Shown piece after piece: positions 36,529 through 40,000 of a stretch of DNA of 40,000 nucleotides. The notes beneath the pieces were generated by a model. That model was not told the DNA's origin, did not search any database, and worked only from the letters and a program-made list of their open reading frames with translations. Numbering within the stretch: the first letter of the stretch is position 1; each line of letters begins with the position of its first letter. A program made the position numbers and the translations under genes. The stretch lies in the NCBI RefSeq assembly GCF_963678545.2, contig NZ_OY782867.2, positions 2,368,913 to 2,408,912 of the forward strand. The letters run 5' to 3'. Source of the DNA: an uncultured Methanomethylovorans sp. GTDB lineage: Archaea > Halobacteriota > Methanosarcinia > Methanosarcinales > Methanosarcinaceae.

Positions 36529-36706
36529 TTCTCGAATGCAAACCCACTGCTATGTAATAGATAAGGGGATAAGCAAAACTACGTTATTGATTTAGATGTG
36601 TAGAATAACAGAACTCATGTATATAAAGTAGCCTCGAAAAATGCATGAACAAAAAACAAAATGAGGAGGTTTTACCCCCTTATAAAAAACAGATTATTGA
36701 ATCTAC

Positions 36707-36802
36707 TTATTTCTTTTTCTGGCCTTTAGCAGGTGCCTTTGCAGCTCCTTTTGCTGGTTCAGGTGCTTTTGCTCCCTTCTTCTGCTCTTCTTTCTTTGCC
36801 AT
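36707..36802 (-). CDS. Putative 31-aa Lys/Ala/Pro-rich basic micro-protein; not in the ORF track
   Basis: MAKKEEQKKGAKAPEPAKGAAKAPAKGQKKK*. The strong SD GGAGGTGA ends 5 nt upstream of the ATG. It lies on the same strand as deaD, 178 nt upstream. Confidence 0.4.
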   Translation of the reverse strand: MAKKEEQKKGAKAPEPAKGAAKAPAKGQKKK

Positions 36803-37194
36803 TCATCTCACCTCCAACTGGAGAAATACCATTTTGCCCATTACATGATATTTTGAGGCAATTCAACAGGCTGTACAAGGCTTTTAGCAGAATTCATACT
36901 GCATTCAGCATTTAAAGCCATTAGCAGACTTTATAGATTGATATAACTTATATTTGATTCTAGTTACCCAATCTATAATCTTGTGTACTTTCAATATATA
37001 TAAAACTACCGTAGTATTCCTATTTTCAATATCTAAGTTTCCTTTGACTTTAAAATGCACTTAAAAATAAGAGTTCAAAGTATTATCTACTTTAAATAAT
37101 TTTTACTCTTTCCAAGTAACCTAAAATTGGACAATTAAAAAAAATCGATAGGAATTACCATCTTCTCAAGAACTGAGAAATCAGATAAGTTCCG

Positions 37195-38445
37195 TCATTT
37201 TACAAGAGGCACTGTAAGGCTACCCTGTGGCAGAATTACAACATAAGGCTCTTTACCTGCAGCGCGGGTGGCAGCTATAGCCTTGTCGAAAGTTTCCTGC
37301 AGGTCCGTGTGCGGCTTAAGTCTTGCCTTTTTTAAGGTATCAGTGTCAAGGTCCGAAACAGCCCACATCTGTGCATGCATTCCTATCTGTACCATCTTTG
37401 CAGCTTTATGGTAACCAAGCTTATAGCCTTCAGATATTTTCTGCATCACATCTTCGGAAGTCTGGGCACAGCAAAGCAGTTTAAGGAAAGTGTCATCCCC
37501 TATTCCATCTCTGCATTTGGAAACAAGTATTATTATACCACCGTGTTCTAGTGCAAGCTTGCCGTTTTCCAAAGCTTTCTGGGACTGGTATAGATCAATG
37601 TCCATGGGATATGGAGCTACGGTGAGCACAATGTTTCCTCTTCTGTTACACGATGGACAGAAAACCTCATTTGCTTTTTTCACTGCCAATTCAAACGATA
37701 GTTTGAGATCTCCAGCAATCATTGCATATAATCCATGATCTGCTGTAAGGACGGTTTGTATGGAAAATACATGTAAGTCCTTCAACACTTTCATAGCGTC
37801 TTCCATATCCTCTGCTACCGGATTTCCCTGCAGTGCAAGTGGTGCGGCCATATCGGAAAGAGCATGCATATGATTCATTTCGATGGTTCTGTAGGCAGCA
37901 ACCCCCGGAAGGAAAGATTTTCTACCACCGGTATAGCCTGCAAAATAGTGTGGTTCCACACTTCCTATTACCAGGATATTTTTCGTTTCTGTGACAAGTT
38001 TATTTAGATGCATCTCGGTCCCATTGCTTGATTCTCCGAGGTATGTCATATCTTCATCCATGCGTGCATCATGCACGTGTATCTTGCTACGGAATTCGTC
38101 AAGGAACTCAGCAAAAATATATCTCAGTTCTTCTTCTGTGGGCCCTCTGTGTGCTCCGGTGGCTATTAGGAATTTTACGTCTGGATGACCCTTTAAAAGA
38201 GGATAGAGTTCTTTCAGCACCTTTGAGGTAGGGGTAGGCCTAGTAGCATCGTTCACAAGGATCAGTAATTTATTGCTCTTGCGTGCGAAAATGGCAAAAG
38301 AGTCCATTCCTATGGGCTCTTCCAGAGCCTGTTTTATAATTTCGGATTCATTACCGACCTTTACATTTTTCGGAACAATGATTTCATGAGGAACGGTAAC
38401 ATCCAGGTCAACATATTCCTGGCCATAAGGTATCTTTATTTTAAT
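37195..38445 (-). CDS. LarA-like (lactate racemase / DUF2088) nickel-pincer-cofactor family protein; the N-terminus is extended to a non-canonical ATT
   Basis: ...LILVNDATRPTP...ATGAHR...VEPHYFAGYTGGRKS..PG... is the LarA core. The in-frame 46 codons upstream of the tracked ATG (IKIKIPYGQEYVDLDV...EIIKQALEEPIG) look like the conserved LarA N-terminus. They contain no ATG, GTG or TTG. GGAGAGGT lies 4 nt before the ATT at 38445. Confidence 0.7.
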   Translation of the reverse strand: MKIKIPYGQEYVDLDVTVPHEIIVPKNVKVGNESEIIKQALEEPIGMDSFAIFARKSNKLLILVNDATRPTPTSKVLKELYPLLKGHPDVKFLIATGAHRGPTEEELRYIFAEFLDEFRSKIHVHDARMDEDMTYLGESSNGTEMHLNKLVTETKNILVIGSVEPHYFAGYTGGRKSFLPGVAAYRTIEMNHMHALSDMAAPLALQGNPVAEDMEDAMKVLKDLHVFSIQTVLTADHGLYAMIAGDLKLSFELAVKKANEVFCPSCNRRGNIVLTVAPYPMDIDLYQSQKALENGKLALEHGGIIILVSKCRDGIGDDTFLKLLCCAQTSEDVMQKISEGYKLGYHKAAKMVQIGMHAQMWAVSDLDTDTLKKARLKPHTDLQETFDKAIAATRAAGKEPYVVILPQGSLTVPLVK

Positions 38446-38817
38446 GAGGACCTCTCCTTGGTTGCTATATATGGATATATAGATATTGTTCTTGAAATAG
38501 TGGTTTTTAATTAGATGACAGAATAAGCTTTCATGTCGATAAGCAAGAGGGCTTATTTAACTATTGCCAGCCTGCTTATGCGTTCAACTTATATAGTTTA
38601 GTCCACTATATATAAGAGCAGAGTAAAGTTGTATAATTATCATTGAAGATTTACTTTTTCTAAATGTAATGTATGGTTTTGTTCTGAAGGCGACTAAGCT
38701 CAGAAGTTTTTATAGGCAATGTTTTTGAAGTATTTTTGACAGGCCTGTAACCCTTCTTACTTTATTAAGTAGAGTGTAGTGCTATTCGATATAAATGTAA
38801 AAAAAGGTGGAATTAGT

Positions 38818-39156
38818 TTGGCAAATTATAGAAGCAATACTAGGAAGAAAAATTCGCAAAGTGGAAGTAGCAGTCCAGACCAGGTCTTCAAAGTGCGCAC
38901 CCCTCGCGAACGAGATAATGAAGTATTTGCTACAGTTTCCAGCTTGCTTGGAGCTAACCGGGTAAGACTGCAATGTATGGATGGAATTGTACGCATGGGG
39001 AGAATCCCAGGATCAAAGAAAAAAAGTATGTGGGTAAAAGAAGGAGATCTGGTCATTGCTACTCCATGGGAAATACAGAATTCAAAAGCCGATGTTATCT
39101 GGAAATACACAAGGCCACAGGTAGACTGGCTTTCACGTAAAGGCTTCCTAAAATAA
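38818..39156 (+). CDS. eif1A: Translation initiation factor aIF-1A
   Basis: The S1/OB-fold core is ...[61 protein letters not shown] prefer the TTG at 38818 (AGGTGG 8 nt upstream). The tracked GTG at 38779 is the alternative. Confidence 0.85.
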   Translation: MANYRSNTRKKNSQSGSSSPDQVFKVRTPRERDNEVFATVSSLLGANRVRLQCMDGIVRMGRIPGSKKKSMWVKEGDLVIATPWEIQNSKADVIWKYTRPQVDWLSRKGFLK

Positions 39157-39271
39157 CACTGAGCAAATGCTCAGGTTACACTTACAATTATTTTTTGTTA
39201 TTCTTGTTTTAATCAAGCGCATCATCTCTATCTATAATATTAAAATTAATGTATAGATTAAGATGGTTTTC

Positions 39272-39367
39272 ATGTCCAAAGAAAAGGTTCAGAAAAGTGC
39301 AGGAAGGTTAACTATAACTCTTCCTAAAAGTATTGTAGATATGAAAGGCTGGAAGAAAGGAACCTAA
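39272..39367 (+). CDS. AbrB/SpoVT-like (antitoxin-type) stub, 31 aa
   Basis: MSKEKVQKSAGRLTITLPKSIVDMKGWKKGT* contains the looped-hinge-helix core pattern (..l.ItLPK.iv..mGwk.G). It is too short for a full domain and lies next to an IS relic. Confidence 0.35.
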   Translation: MSKEKVQKSAGRLTITLPKSIVDMKGWKKGT

Positions 39368-39430
39368 TTAATAGATAAAGCCTTAGTTTCTTAGTTATTG
39401 AATGCTAGAAGGTGTAAATCATCAAAACGT

Positions 39431-40000
39431 TTAACCAATAGTACAATCAATTGCAGTTTTAATTTTATTGTTCAATCCCTCTGCAACTCCATTGTTGGGA
39501 TCATTCTTCATCGCTTCAAGAATTCCCTGCGCATGTTTTTTGATTACTTTTGTCACTGAATCTTTTCCATTTTCAATATATATGACTCTTGCTTCATCCA
39601 TGCCATAAATCAAAGTGATGTAGTTATGACCTTTTTTTACAGTAATCTCGTCTACTCCAATTATTTTAAGGTCTGAGATACCTCTTTTCTCTTTTGCTTT
39701 GTATACATAATGGCTAAGTATTCTCCAGACAGAATCCTCATGAGAACAAGGTAAATCCCAGGTGGAGTAGGGATAGTTGAGGGGTCGATGGCCGCACATT
39801 ATAACGTCATAGGAGTGCCAATTCCTATCACAGTAGTGGTGATATTGATCTACCGTATTGTATCTTTCTGGGTACCCAGTATCCTGGGATTTCCAGTGGA
39901 CTTTTATCTACAACAATTGTCGTTGCCAAACTTCCCTTCAATTATACAGCACATATATAGTATTTTAGTACGCTGCCAGTTTCTATTTTCTTCACACATA
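39431..40000 (-). pseudogene. ISL3-family transposase relic (internally deleted; runs off the window)
   Basis: ...LKIIGVDEITVKKGHNYITLIYGMDEARVIYIENGKD... (the ISL3 DDE N-terminal part) is joined directly to ...NNGVAEGLNNKIKTA... (the ISL3 C-terminal tail). The frame stays open upstream of the tracked ATG, to about 39900. Confidence 0.55.

Noticed and set aside
36645-36915. Two tracked plus-strand ORFs (67 and 60 aa) with Ala/Phe/Leu-rich low-complexity sequence.
   Set aside because: They are mirror-strand artefacts of the Lys/Ala-rich minus-strand micro-ORF. They have no RBS and no sensible start context.

Overview
This window looks like euryarchaeal chromosome, probably from a Methanosarcinaceae-type methanogen. 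That call is inferred from gene content: a DNRLRE/disaggregatase-like protein, a COG1361-ABC operon, aIF-1A, ppsA and a DEAD-box helicase. Ordinary housekeeping genes fill about 23.8-39.2 kb. These include an MBL hydrolase, DJ-1/PfpI, PEP synthase, an AI-2E transporter, a secreted-protein cluster, hydantoinase, EamA, a DEAD-box helicase, a LarA-like protein and aIF-1A. The left part (1-10.7 kb) carries a TPR gene, IS elements, a type I R-M relic, an ABC/COG1361 operon and a MarR-MATE pair. The main feature is an AT-rich insertion at about 10.7-23.8 kb, abutting the 3' end of tRNA-Leu(UAA). It consists of two tandem casposons, which are self-synthesizing transposons that use a Cas1-type integrase. 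The tRNA-proximal copy (13893-23809, 9917 bp) is complete. It has 33-bp imperfect terminal inverted repeats, a perfect 14-bp target-site duplication (ttaaaatttatgcg) and a solo Cas1 with a C-terminal HTH. It also has a translationally coupled RHH-HTH-HNH-PolB module, and variable cargo in both arms. An ISH1-type IS with an 8-bp TSD has inserted just upstream of its cas1. The distal copy (about 10.7-13.9 kb) is a decayed remnant that keeps only the PolB C-terminus, its cargo and its right TIR. Both copies carry different HEPN-like (Rx6-7H) genes in the arm next to the right TIR, which suggests defence or toxin cargo. No CRISPR array or cas2 is present in the window. All family assignments come from motifs read by eye; no database search was possible.
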